From the NCBI GenBank assembly GCA_964016885.1, contig OZ024742.1, positions 25,854,001 through 25,918,000 on the forward strand: a DNA stretch of 64,000 nt, read 5' to 3'. Under the pieces are notes generated by a model, which saw only the letters and a list, made by a program, of their open reading frames with translations, was not told the DNA's origin and searched no databases. Positions 38,984 through 52,400 of the stretch are shown one piece after another (the first letter of the stretch is position 1; each line of letters opens with the position of its first letter). The translations under genes and the position numbers were made by a program. The stretch is from Eledone cirrhosa. Lineage: Eukaryota.

Positions 38984-41900
38984 TTACAGATATATACTCA
39001 GAGTAGGCCCATTCACTCGGGCCATTCTTGCTTCTCTCACCCATCTTTCAACAAAATGCTGGGAAGAGAGCACTTCCCTCTCTACTCTGATTTTCCTTTT
39101 CAAATGAAATTTGAAAAAGTCAATCAGAACATCACCGAAGAGGTAAGTGCTCGTCTTCAGCCCTTTCAAACGTGTCCACCATACTATCTCTTTCGCCATG
39201 GCCACCAGGCAGATAAACACTGCCTGCCCTTCCCGGCTAAAGGAGGAGGGCGGGGCAATCCTCACGATGGACTCAGATGATAGCCGGATCCGTCCTAAAC
39301 GCGACAGCAGGTGTTCGACATAAACCCACAAGTCAGCAATTTTCGGACACTGGACGAGTGCGTGCAGGACGGTTTCGTCGCCCTGCGCGCATCTCGGACA
39401 TGCCCGGCTGACGGCACCTCCATGCCTGTAGAGTTTATCCCGAACTGGCAAGGCTCCTCGGTAGCACTGCCAGGCCAGAGATTTCTGGAAGTTGTCCATA
39501 GGCCCCGGCCCGAAAGTTCTTCCGAAGAGATTGGCTAGTTGATTTTCGTCGACGCCTAGAGTTTCCCCAAGTACGTCGTCGCTCTTCCCCTCCACTAATC
39601 CTCTATAGAACGCCGAGGTGGAGTTTCCACCGATCACATTGCCCGATTGGTCGAGGGCTGTGAGCGCCTGAAGACATTCCAGTCTCCAGGCGCTCCCTCT
39701 CGGTCTTCGCTTGACCCAGGACTGCAGCTCCGTCAAGGAAACGAGCTGGGGAAACACGCGTCTAGCAAACGGCGACCACACCTGATCACCGTCGAGGAAG
39801 AGGTGGAGATGTCGTAGCCTGAGCGCGTGCCTGCGCATCATCAGCCACGGCAAGCCCAGCCCTCCACGTAGCGGGTGTTGACAACAGATGGACCGCCTGA
39901 CCATCGGAGCGCGTCCCTTCCACAAAAAGCGAAAGAGCAAACGCTCCAGTGCAGTCAGGCGAGGCTTAGGACAAGGTACGACGGTGAGGCGGTAGCAGAT
40001 GACGGACGCGATGTACGCGTTAGCCACCTCCGCTCGACCTTTCAGGGATAGCTTCCTCTCGGCCCATTTCTGGGTGAGAGAAGCCACCCTGCTCGTCACC
40101 TCGTCCCAGTTTTTGTCCGTCTGGAGTCCGGACCGAACCAGACCCCTAGCAATTTAACCGGTCCGTCCGTCCAGCGTCCGACGACGCTGTTGGACGGCAT
40201 GGACCTGCCTCTCCAGGTGCCGAGCTGCAGGCCCACTGACTTTTCCTGGTTGATCATTGCTCCTGTCACCGCTTCGTATTCTCTTAGTGTAGTGCCGATC
40301 GCCTCGATGTGTTTGGCGTTCGACACCACTACGGTGACATCGTCCGCATATGCTGACACGGATCTTCCGCATCCTAGTTCGCGCGGGACGCCCCTCAACG
40401 TCTCCAGTTTGTGCAGTAATGGCTCGAGAGTCAATACGTACAAGAGGGACGAGAGGGGACATCCTTGGCGGACCGAGCGCATGATGTTGAACGGTTCCGA
40501 CAGGTGACCGTTCACTCTCACCACAGAGCAGATGTCGCTGTGCATGGCAGCGATCCAGCCTCTGAAGATGGGCCCAAAAGCAGCCGCCTTCAGGACTGTC
40601 GCTAGGTAACGATGGTCGACCCTATCGAAAGCTTTCGACTGATCTAAATTGATCAAGGACCCACCCGTGCCAGGTTCCCTAGCTACCCTCTTACGATGTA
40701 TCGCATGAGGTGGAGGTTGTCGTGGATGGATCTGTCGGGAATGGTGCATGTCTGCGCCTCTCCCACCAGACCACCAACGACAAGCGCCAACCTCTTTGCT
40801 AGCACCTTGGCCAAAATCTTAAACTCTGTGTTTAGCAGAGTTATGGGCCGGAAATTGTCTATGTTATCCCCCTTGTTCGGATCCTTTCTCAGCAGTGCCA
40901 CCGCTCCTCGGCTCACAGAACTGGGAATTCTCCCGTTCTGTTGCCAGTTGCAGTAGACGTCCGCCAAGAGGCCTCCGAACAAGTTTGGCATCTGTACGTA
41001 AAGTTCATAGGGCAGACCATCCAAACCAGGCGATTTACCCCTTGTGCAGCCAGTCATTGCCTCCCTTACTTCAGCGGCTGTTATCGGCTTTTCGCAACAC
41101 TTCGCCTCAGTGGCCGAGAGCCGCGGCAGTCCGTCGAGGTAGACACTAAAGTCCATCCCTCTACCCGGCCCACCGCTGCCCCCGAACAGCTGAGCGAAGT
41201 GTCGCTGAAAAGCTTCACACATTTGCCCGGGATCGAGTAGCATGCGCCCGTCGTGGTCCACCAAAGACCGGATCGTGGCTTTGTTGCCACGACGCGCCTC
41301 CGCCACTCGGGCCCATTGAACGGCTTTCGTCCCCTCGTGTCTGAGAGCACGCACCCTTGCTCTGACAACGCAGTCTTCGTGCTTTGCATTGAAGAATTGG
41401 TCAAGGGCCAATTTCGCCGCAAGCATGTCGGTCGCAATGCCTTTGCTAAGCGCCTCGTCTAATTTTCTAACTAGTTCTCCCTCTGCTCTATTTTTCTCTA
41501 TTGCTAAAGCCTTACTAAACCTAATCGATTCTATTCTAATCGCTCTTTTCAGAGCAAACCACCACTTGTTGTTGACGATGGCCCCCGTCAACGCCCGCTT
41601 AACTAGTTCGCTAATCCGGTCTCTGTAGGCCTTGCGCGCTGGTAAGGACGCGTTTAGCTTCCAGTAGCCGGGTCCTCGTCTATGAAGCCTATCTAAGTCA
41701 AGCACACATATCACGAATTTGTGGTCCGTGTAGCTGACTATCTTGAATTGTGGACAGCCTATGCTAGACCTATCTATTTCCCTACAAAATACTCTATCTA
41801 GATATGATCTGGATGACCCTGTGCGGTTTGTCCAAGTCCACATTGGCACATTCGGGAAATCCAATCGGTACCTGTCAGACAGTTCAAAATGCCTGAGCAG

Positions 41901-42401
41901 GTTGGTGAGGCTCTTGCACCCTCCACCCCTATCCGCTAATCCCACACAGTCCCAGCGTGCATCTAAGATCCCGTTCCAGTCGCCCACTAACACTAAAGAG
42001 CGGGACGTTCCAAGAAAGGTCTCCAGACGCCGGAAGAAATCAGGCCGCCCTGCTCCTGTCGGGGCATAGACGGCCACTAGCCTGAAAGCTTGCCCGTCTC
42101 CGCTGGTCACGTCCAGCACCACCAGCTTACCCTCTGGGTCCAGGAAGATGGCCCGTATGGCGAGATCCAAACCTCTCCGAAAAAGCACAGCAACTCCTCC
42201 ACCGGATCCAGGACGGCTGGGAGATGCGTACACATCGTAGCCGCCGAAGATCGGTGCGAATGCCCGTGCTTCGGAGATTCTGGTCTCGCTGATGGCCACT
42301 ACATCTATGTTTAGTGACCTGAGGTCGTTGAGCAGGCGACCCTGCTTCCATGACGACCCCAAGCCACGCGCATTTATGCTGCCTATTCTGAGTGAGGTCA
42401 T
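38984..42401 (-). pseudogene. T3 ORF2 (APE, RT and C-terminal Zn motif) with two frameshifts, near 40690 and 40100
   Basis: SINARGL, ISETR, LVGDWN, SYLDRVF, YTDH (APE); KSPGLDG, NFRPITLLN, LDQSKAFDRV, VRQGCPLS, YADD (RT); CPRCAQGDETVLHALVQC. Confidence 0.92.
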
Positions 42402-42436
42402 GTTTAAAATAGAGTGGAAAAGATGGGAAAGACCAC

Positions 42437-44243
42437 TTACCGTACTTTTGGTAGAGGAGGGATGGTTTTTACATCCCTTTTCACTTGATCGTCTGGTGAA
42501 GGGACCGTTGAATCGTCCCTTCGGCTGGTCGTCGGCTCTTCTAAGAGAATGTCTGAGTATACTCTTCGATTGATGGTTCCTCCTAGGTCCCTGAAATCAC
42601 CAACTGCGTTGGGGAATTTCGTTTTAATGTTTGTGTATTGTTTCTGTGCTATTTTTAGCAGTCTTATGTTAGTTGGCGTTTTGATTGGTGCTGGTATTAT
42701 GTAGTCCTGTTGTGAAATGTCTGTGTGTTCAATTATGTAAGTCATTAGTTTCTTGTTGTGTGTATTTATTGCCGTGCATTTGTTTTTCTGGGGGTGGGGT
42801 GTGGTTCTGCTATTTTCTTGTCGTTGTTGCTGGGTGTGTGTGTTTTGTTGTTGTGTTTGCGATGTTGGTGCTTGTGGTGGTGGTGTTGAAGGTGTTGTTG
42901 GCGGTGGGGTTGTCGCCGGTGGTGATGGTGGTGCTAGTGTGGGTGGCGATGGTGTTGGTGTTGTTGCTGCTGTGGGTCTCTTTGCAGTAGACTTTACCCT
43001 TTTCTCATTTCTTTCCTCCCTTTTCAAAGGCGACGATGTGCTGCTTCTGCGTTTGTGCCTTCTTACGACCTTTTGCCATCCCTCTCCCACCTCACACTCC
43101 ATGTCTGATTCTGTGAGGTCGGGGAGGGGTACCAGCTCCACTCTTTCACTTGTTGTTGGTGGTGATGTTTGCACTGGAGTCTCTGTTGCAGCTGCATTTG
43201 GTATTGCTGTTGTTGTTGTTAATATTTCCACTGCTGCTGCTGTTTTTGATTTCCGTGGAGTGGGTATGGGTGCCACGGACCTATCGTTCCTGGTTGCCGC
43301 TTGTCCTGTTGCTGGTAGCCGTGGAGCCGGATTCGGAAGGAGGGGGGTTTTCTCCTTTCTCAGGGTCTTCTCGTTGCAGAAGGCCCTGAGGTGAGTCTTC
43401 GATCCACAGCGAAAGCATTTCGGGCGTTTGCCCTCAACACTTATGGGCAGTTGAGTGCCGTTATCGAAGTCTATCACATCCGGGATAGCTTCGATGCACT
43501 CCTGGTTGGTTTGGATTAGCATCTCAATGGAGGAGCCGACCCAATCTTCTCTTACTTTTTTCTGTACTTGCAGTACAGTTGTTTTGTCCTCGATTCCGAC
43601 GAGGACAGACGCGGCCAGCCAAGAAGGGGTCATTCCGGGGGGGACGTGGGTCAGTTTGACCCTCACAATTTTTTGCCCGCAGTAGGAGGGCACCAACACC
43701 ATTTCCTCGCTCCTTAGGGTCACTACTGATTGGGCCTTTGCCTCCTGGGGTGTGGCAAAAAGTACGTCTACGGTGGCGTATTTTTTGCCTCGGGTGATGT
43801 GCGTTTTCCGCTGCCACACAGACCCCAAGGCTTTTTGTATTTGGGCCTCTGTGGCTCTTTCCACCCTACGGGATTTTGTACTTACTGTACGGTACGTGAC
43901 CGTACAGTGCTCTTGGGTTTCGAAAAATGTTTCCGCTGCCTTGCAGATTGCTCGGTGTCCGTTCTTTGTCACCATCTTCTTCGCTTCCTCTAATTCCTCA
44001 TTTGTTATGAGGATTGTTTCCAAGTTTTTCGCAATACCTGCAAATGAGATTGGTTTTTCTCTGCTGTTTTTGTTGTCGTCAGAGCTGCTGGTACTTTTGT
44101 TGTTGCTGCAGGTACTACGACTACTGCCTCCGCCGCTGTTGCTGTGGTTGTTGTTGGTGTTGCTGCTGCTAATGCTGTTGTTGTTTATGCTGCTGGTGAT
44201 GCTGTTGCGGCTGCTACTGTTGTTTTCATTGTCACCACTCCCT
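42437..44243 (-). CDS. T3 ORF1 (N-terminally truncated; 528-aa ORF called from 44023)
   Basis: RRM-like KYATVDVLFATPQEAK, CCHC knuckle CFRCGSKTHLRAFC, and a Pro/Thr-rich tail. Confidence 0.85.
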
Positions 44244-44253
44244 TAATAATAAT

Positions 44254-44720
44254 AAGGGAAGAAGACACACATGGTGGATAGAAGGTCGAGAAATCGGTCC
44301 CGTAAGTTTTGATTTTTTAACATATTTAAATCAATTGTGAAATAACAATTCTTAGTACAAATGTTGCATAAAACATCCGGCTTGAGTTCCAAAAAATTTG
44401 GAGCCATAATATATTGTTATATCGCTCAAATATTCAATTTTGTATTATACATTTTATATATAAAAAAGAAAATGGTTATAAATGGAAGAAAACCCCCTCT
44501 GTCTACACTATATAGAACAGCCAAATAACAGCAATTTCACCAACATCAGAAACTAGATACACCACCTACCCCATCACCCCTCTGTGTACACTAAACACAA
44601 CAGCCAGATAACGGCAATTTCACCACCACCACCACCAATCTCAGCATAATAATAATAATTACTATTATTATTGCCTCAAGTTTTAGTTTTAACAAAATGT
44701 TTAATTCCAATATTAAGTAA
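44254..44720. repeat. Recurrent non-coding unit X, copy 2
   Basis: Homologous to 31497-31950, and it begins right after a TAA tract at the same position. Confidence 0.85.
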
Positions 44721-45560
44721 ATATGTCACATATACGCGACTAACGATAATTTCACTAAAGATCATTTCACCACCATACCACCACCACTACCACGATAAAA
44801 ACTCTGGTCAAGTCGACTCAAATTTCTACTCCAACTTCAATACCATCACTACAGTAATACGACCACATCGCCACCACCAATGCCTCATTATCGCTACCGC
44901 CGCTATTCTCTCCCACTACCTCCTGCTAGTTGCTGCTAGCACACCACCACCACCACCACCACCACCACCACCACCACTGCCTCATTATCACTACCGCCGC
45001 TATTCTCTCCCGCTAGCCCCTGCTACATTGTAGAATTCTCACTAAAAGAGGAAGAGATCAAAATATATAAATAGACTGAATTGATGACCCGGTCAAAATA
45101 ATAAAAAAAAAAAAATAAAAATCAAGTTTTAGTTTTAACAAAATGTTTAATTCCAATATTAAGTAAATATGTCAACACATATACGCGACTAATGATACTT
45201 TTACTAAAGATAATTTCACCACCAATACCACCACCACTGCCACGATGAAAACTCTCGTCAACCCGACTCAAATTTCTACTCCAACTTCAACACCATCACT
45301 ACAGTAATACGACCAATTCACCACCACCACTGCCTCATTATCGCTACCGCCGCTATTCTCTCCCACTACCTCCTGCTAGTTGCTGCTAGCACAGCACCGT
45401 CGCCACCACCACCACCACTGCCTCATTATCACTACCGCCGCTATTCTCTCCCGCTAGCCTCTGTTACATTGTAGAATTCTCACTAAAAGAGGAAGGCATC
45501 AAAATATATAAATAGACTGAATTGATGGCCCGGTCAAAATAATAAAAACAAATAAAAAAA
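44677..45560. repeat. ~445-bp tandem duplication
   Basis: TCAAGTTTTAGTTTTAACAAAATGTTTAATTCC...GACTGAATTGATG(A/G)CCCGGTCAAAATAATAAAAA occurs at about 44677-45110 and 45123-45550. Confidence 0.9.
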
Positions 45561-45749
45561 AATCAAAATCCAAGCAGCACAGCAACAACGAAAAACGTAA
45601 AGGAAATAAAAATGAAGAGAAAGACAAACGGACGGACAGAGAAGGGAAGGGAAAAACTAAGTCAGACATTCAAACACTACATTACAATGAAACTTATGCT
45701 TATTCATTTTGGGGTTTTTTTCTGCCTGTTTGTTTGTTTGTTTATTTGG

Positions 45750-48700
45750 GTTCGTCAACAGCGTGATAATGCCACACAAAAGTCACGTGGAGTGACGAAA
45801 CCACCGGAGACGAGTAATTCACCGGTGGTTATGTAACCATACATTCGCCAATCATCGATAAGAGTGTTTAAATGTCGAACCTAAACAGTTCGAATAACTA
45901 GAATGTCATGTGAAAGACTCTCACCCAACAGGTGCTCCCTGGCTCAGCAGCAGAGACCTGGCTGTCAAGCAAATACTGTTGGTGTCGGAGGAAGAAGAAG
46001 AAGGAAAGGGACCAGAACCAACTGGACGAAAGAATTGAATAGAACTGTTATGCAATGTTACCTGAAGAGTAACCCCAAGGAGAAAGGCTATAGGAAACGG
46101 ATGCATAACATCTGGAAAGAGATTGGTCTGTTTAAATTAGATGAACAAAAATTGGCCGGGCAGGCTCGGGTAGTAAGAACTAATGGGTGGATAAGCGAGC
46201 TGGAACTGGAGAAACTGAACAGAGAGATTAGCTTAGAGATGGAGAGTGGAGTATGCCAGGCAAACGAGCCAGTGGGAAATGAAGGTGAAGAGGTCGACAG
46301 AACGGAGGAACCACCCGAAGCAGACCATGATCTGAATGCTGAGATAAATAATACCTGGAACAGAGATACGGCCACTGAGGAGATGAATGCCGACGGACTA
46401 GGACAAGATTTGGTTGATATCCTAAACTTAGTGGTAGATGAATTGAACAATGATAGTGGGAGACCTATGAACCTAAGATTTGTAGACAGGAAAAAGATAA
46501 AAGAAACAACAGGTAAAGTAAACAAAGTCATCCCATACCTTGAGGCGAGGAGCCTTCACCAGTGCAACAATATCCTCAAAGCAACAGCAAATACGGTGAG
46601 GAAACTACTTGGTATAAAAGCGAGAGGAAACAACAGACAAGAAAGAGCAGAGCCTTGGTGGAAGAAACGACTGAGTGGTCAAATCAGGGAAATGAGAAAT
46701 GACGTTGGAAAGCTTGAGTCCCTACTGAATGGGACACTAAAAAACATAGACACTAAAAATAGACTGGAAATAAAGTACAAAACTAGGAGGAAAAAGCTAA
46801 ATATTATCATAGAGGAACTGATGCAACGCATTGTAGCAAAGAGTGCCAAAATCAGGCGATACGAGAACAGAGTCAGTCAGTATAGACAGAACCGCATGTT
46901 CGACAACAACCAGAAGATGCTGTTTGGACAGCTTGAAGGGAAAGAAAGAGGCAACGAATTGATCCCTGAGGCGGAACAAACTAAAACATTCTGGAGAGGA
47001 ATATGGGAGCAGGATGTTAAACATAATGATCAGACAGTGTGGATTGAGACAGTACAGAAGGAGATTAGTGAACAGGCACACCAACAAACTGATTTGAGTA
47101 TCACAGTTGAAACTCTTAAGGGGCAGGCCAAAAAACTAACCAACTGGAAATAACCAAGCCTAGATGGTGTGCAGGAGTATTGGATTAAAAATATAACATC
47201 CCTCCACCCGAAACTGACAACCATGTTCAATGACTGCTTGATGTCAGGTGAGGTACCAGAGTGGTTGACAAAAGGTTACACAGTTCTGATAATGAAAGAC
47301 CGAATCAAGGGTAATGATGTTACCAACTATAGACCTATCACATGTCTGTCCGTAATGTGGAAACTGTTGACAAGCATTATGTCTGAGTAAATCTACCATC
47401 ACCTCCACACAAACAACTTGTTACCGGACGAACAGAAAGGATGCCGAAAGAAGTCACGTGGTACAAAGGACCAGTTACTTATTGATAAGATGGTAATGAG
47501 GAATTGCAAGTGGAGACACATTGGTCTTGCCATGGGATGGATAGACTACAAAAAGGCATTTGACATGGTGCCTCATTCTTGGATCACCAAAAGCCTGGAG
47601 ATCTTCAAGGTGGCAGATAACATCAGACAGTTGTTGGGCAAAAGTATGAAGTCCTGGGAAACAGAGTTAACATCAACTGGAGAATCCTTGGGAAGCGTGA
47701 AGATCAAGAGAGGTATCTTCCAGGGAGATAGTCTGTCCTCTCTGTTGTTTGTCCTTGCCCTGATATTCCTGACCAGTGTACTGCGAAAAGTGAGAGCAGG
47801 ATACAGGTTGGGAAAGGGAAGGTTTACCATCAATCACCTCCTCTTCATGGACGATCTTAAGCTCTTCGGGAAGAGTGAGAAGCAGTTGGATGTGCTTGTT
47901 GACACTGTCCGTATTTTCAGCAATGATATATGTATGCAATTTGGTATTAGTAAGTGTGGAGTCATTGTGATGAAGAGGGGTAAGTTGAGCAGAAGTAACG
48001 GAATCCAGGTACCAACAGGTGAGATGATAAAGGAAATTGACTCTGAAGAAGGATACAAGTATTTGGGCGTTCTGGAGGCTGATGACATCAAGAACAAAAA
48101 AATGAAGGAATTGATAAGAACTGAATACATTCGGAGAGTAAGGAGCGTATTAAAGTCACATCTAAACAGTAGGAATGCTATAAGTGCAGTAAATTCCCGA
48201 GCTGTGTCTATTATTAGGTACAGTGCGGGAATTCTGAGATGGAATGTTGCTGAACAAAAAGAAGATCTGAAGATGGAAGAGGTCTTATCAGCATAGAGGA
48301 CTGTGTTCAGATGGAGAAAAACAACCTACACAAATACGTGACTGGTAGTAAGGAGCCAATGCTCAGAACTGTACTGAAGGAGGGGACAATAGACCAGGGG
48401 ATGTCCAAGGAGGAAATAACATCAAGGAGAAAGAGCAGCCTTCAGGAAAAATCCCTTCATAGTACCTTCTTTGAGAAAACTAAATTTAGAGATCCACAGA
48501 CATGGAACTGGTTGAAAGGAGGAGACCTTAAAAAGGCTACAGAAGGAATGTTAATGGCTGCGCAGGAGCAGGCCCTCAAAACGAAGTGGTTGAAACACCA
48601 TATTTACAAGGAGGAGGCTAGCCCACTGTGCAGGATCTGTGGAGAGAGAGAGGAGACTGTGGCTCACATTGTATCCGAGTGTAAACACCTAGCCCAGACT

Positions 48701-49280
48701 CACTATAAGGGCTGGAGACATGATGTGACGGGCAGGGTGATCCACTGGCACCTATGCAAAGTAAACAATTTACCACATTCTGAGAAATGGTATGAGCATA
48801 AGCCAGAGGCGGTGATAGAAAACGATCAGGTGAAGGTGATGTGGGATTTTAGGATACAGACGGACAAGAAACTGGAACACAATAGACCTGACCTGGTGGT
48901 TGTGGACAAAGAAAAAAGATCGTGCCTGATTGTGGATGTGGCCTGCCCATTCGACACGAGAGTGCAAGAGAAGGAGAGGGAGAAAATTAACCGATACCAG
49001 GACTTAAAGTGGGAGTTAAAAAGGATTTTGAACTGCCATGAAGTCAAAGTGATGTCGATTGTCATAGGCGCACTGGGGACTATCTCAAAAAGTTTCCAGG
49101 GATGGTTAAAGAAAATTGGCCCCTTCACGCTTTTTGGAACGCTTCAAAAGGCATGCTTGCTGGGAACAGCAAGAACCCTCCGATACGTCCTGAATATGTG
49201 AGGCTGCAGGTAGTGGCTTGATATTCATTTCAACAAACTTTCCAGTTAACTAACATCAATGACTGAGACTCAAAGAGTAA
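45750..49280 (+). mobile_element. R4/Dong-clade RLE element, copy B (near full length, disrupted)
   Basis: ORFs 45903-47153, 47169-47390, 47418-48296 and 48311-49201 contain [34 protein letters not shown] and RPDLVVVD..VDVACP. There is an internal deletion near 48260 relative to copy C. The element ends in (AAT)n. Confidence 0.92.
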
Positions 49281-49284
49281 TAAC

Positions 49285-49315
<31 letters not shown>

Positions 49316-49317
<2 letters not shown>

Positions 49318-49421
49318 TGTTTCTACTTTAGGCACAAGGCCAGCAATCATCCCAGTGCATTACTGGTACTTTATTTTATCGACCCCGTAAGGATGAAAGG
49401 CAAAGTCAAGCTCAGCGGGAT
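49316..49421 (-). mobile_element. SINE family A 3' half, abutting the 3' end of Tx1 copy T4
   Basis: ATTGTTTCTACTTTAGGCACAAGGCC...GCGGGAT, followed directly by the T4 3' end. Confidence 0.8.
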
Positions 49422-49422
49422 A

Positions 49423-52400
49423 TAATGATTTCATTTATTAGCCACAAGGGCCGACATATAGGGTACAATACAAAAGACTGGGACAGTGGGGTTTTACAGC
49501 AAAATCGAGTAAACAATATGAATAACAATAACAAAGTAACAATATAGTAACAATAAAATTACAACAAGAAATCTTCCCCAATAGGGGGGATGACCGCCTA
49601 GGGTTCGCTCAGGTACGCCACCAGTCCTGAAAGACACGAAGCTTCGAGAGAACCCTGTAAGAGCACCCCACTCCTCCTAAAATTTACCTACCTACAGCCG
49701 CATGACCAGAGTAGGCCCACTCTCGCCACGTTCACCCACCTTTCAGCAAATGTACTGGGGGGCAGCACTTCTCTCTCCACCCTCACCTTCCTTTCCAAGT
49801 GAAACTTGAAAAAGTTGATGAGGGATTGGCCGAAGAGAAAAGTGTCTGTCTTGAGTCCTTTCAACCTCGTCCACCATACAACCTCTTTCGCTACTGCCAC
49901 CAGACAGAGGAAACTTTCCTGCCCTTCCTGGCCAAAAGAAGGCGGCGGGTCGATCTTCACTATGGACTCGGCCGATAGCCGGATCCGTTCTACACGCGAC
50001 AACAGCTGTTCAACATAACTCCACAAGTCAGTGAAGCACGGACACTGGACGAGTGCGTGCAGAACGGTTTAGTCGCTCTGCCCGCATCTCGGGCAGGTCC
50101 GTCTGACAGCATTTCCGTGCCTGTAGAGTTTATCTCGAACTAGCAGTGCCCCCCGGTAACACTACCAAGCGAGGGATTTTTGGAAATTATCCATCGTCCC
50201 CGGCTCGAAAGTCCTCCGGTACAGACTGGTTAGTTCGACTTCGTTGACTCCCATGGCCTCTTCGAGTGCGTCGTCGCACATGCCCACCACTAATCCTCTA
50301 TATAACTCGAGAGTGGAAGTTCCACTGAACGTATTGCCGGCCTGGCAGAGGGCAGTGAGTGCCTGGCAACATTCCAGATGCCAGTCACCCAGTCTCGGTC
50401 TCTTCTTGGCCCAGGACTGCAGCTCAGTCAAAGAAACGAGCTGCGGAAAAAGGCCCATCTGACAAACGGCAACCACACCTGTTCACCGTTTAGGCAGAAT
50501 ATCTGGAGATGCCGCAGCCTCAGCGCGTGCCTGCGCATCATTAGCCACGGGATGCCCAGCCCGCCACGTAGAGGGTGCTGGCAGCAGATGGACCGCCTCA
50601 CCAGCGGAACCTGACCCCTCCACAAGAATTTGAAGAGGAGCCGCTCCAAGATAGCGAGGCGCGAACGGGGACAAAGGACGACGGTCAGACGGTAGTAGAT
50701 GACGGACGCGATGTACACGTGCGCCACCTCCGCTCGACCTTTCAGTGATAGCTTCATCCCAGCCCATTACTGGGTGAGACTGGCTACCCTGCACGTCACC
50801 TCGTGCCAATTCTTATCCACCTGGAGGTTTGGCCAGGTCTGTCCGTCCAGCGCCTAACGACGCTGTTGGACGGCATGGACTTGCCTCTCCAGGTGCCGAG
50901 TTGCAAGCCCACCGACTTTTCCGGGTTAAGTTTTGCTCCCGTCAACCTTTCATATTCCTCCAATAATTTGCGGACCACCTCGATTTCTGAGGTGTCCGAC
51001 ACCATCACGGTGATGTCGTTCGCATAAGCCGACACAGCCTTTCCGCGTACCGGTTGAGCGGGATGCCCTGCAACAGCTTCCGCTTCTGCAGTAAAGGCTC
51101 GAGAGTCAATACGTACATAAAGGTGGAGAGACGGCACCCTTGACGGACCGATCGGGAGACCTGAAACGGTTCCGAAAGGTGGCCATTAATTTTGACCATC
51201 GAGCAGGTGCCGCTGTGCATTGCAGCGATCCAGCTTCTGAAGACGCAAGTTTGCGCCTCCCCAACCAAATCCCGGGCGACAGCGCCAACCTCTTCGCTAA
51301 CACCCTGGCCAAAATCTTAAACTCTGTGTTGAGCAGAGTTATGGGCCTGAAATTGTCTAATGTGTCCCTCTAGTTCTCGTCTTTCCTTATCAGCGTCACT
51401 ACGCCCCGGCTCACAGAACTGGGAATACTCCTGTTTTGCTGCCAGTTGCAGTAGAGGGCTTCGAGGAGATTGGAGAACAAGTATGGCATATTTACGTAAA
51501 GCTCGTAGGGCAGACCATCCAAACCGGGTGACTTGCGCCTCATGCAGCCGACAAGGGCATCCTGAATCTCGGCTGAAGTAATTGGCCTTTCGCCGCGCCC
51601 AGCGTCAGCCGTCGAGAGTTGCGGCAAGCCATCGAGGAAGGGACAGAAGTCCGCCACCATCTCTGACCTGCCAATTCCCCCAACAACCGTACAAAATGTT
51701 GGCGAAAGGCCTCACACATACTCTTGGAATCGCTCAGCTCGTGCCCGTCTCGGTCCGTCAAAGACCGAATCGTGGTTTTATTACAACGCTGCCCCTCTGT
51801 CACGTGGGCCCATCGAATAGCTTTGGTTCCCTCATTTCTCAGAGCACGCGCCTTAGCTCTGACAATGCAACCTTCGTGTTTCGCATTGAAGAAATGGTCT
51901 AATGCCATTCTCGCCGCTAGCACGTCGGTTGCAATGCCACTACCAATAGCCTCGTCTAACTTATCTACCAACTCCCCCTCCTTTCTATTTTTCTCTAACG
52001 TTACTTCTTTGCTAAACTCTATCGACATTACTCTAATCTCTCTTTTGAGAGCCCCTCACCATCTATTGTTGACGACTCCCCCTGTCAACTTTTTCTTAAC
52101 TAAATTGTTGACCTGGTCCCTGTAAGCCTTACGAGCCGGAAATGACGTTTCGCTTCCAGTAACCAGGTCCTAACCTACGCGTCTTATCTAGGTCGACCAT
52201 ACAGATAACAAACTTGTGATCTGAATAGACGACCGTTGCAAGACGTGGACAGCTTACACTATTTCTGTCTATTTTCCTAATGAATATCCTGTCTATATAC
52301 GATCTAGATGACCCTATGCGGTTAGCCCAGGTCCACACTGGCGCATTAGGGAAATCTAGTCGGTACCTGTCAGACAGTTGGAACTGGCTGATCAGGTTCT

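Larger units (their letters stand above)
38721..44243 (-). mobile_element. Tx1/L1-clade element, copy T3 (best preserved; 5'-truncated within ORF1)
   Basis: ORF1 plus ORF2 (APE-RT-Zn). The 3' end reads CCCTTGTGGTTAATAAAGAAATCATT(ATT)n. TAA repeats lie at both ends. Confidence 0.93.
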
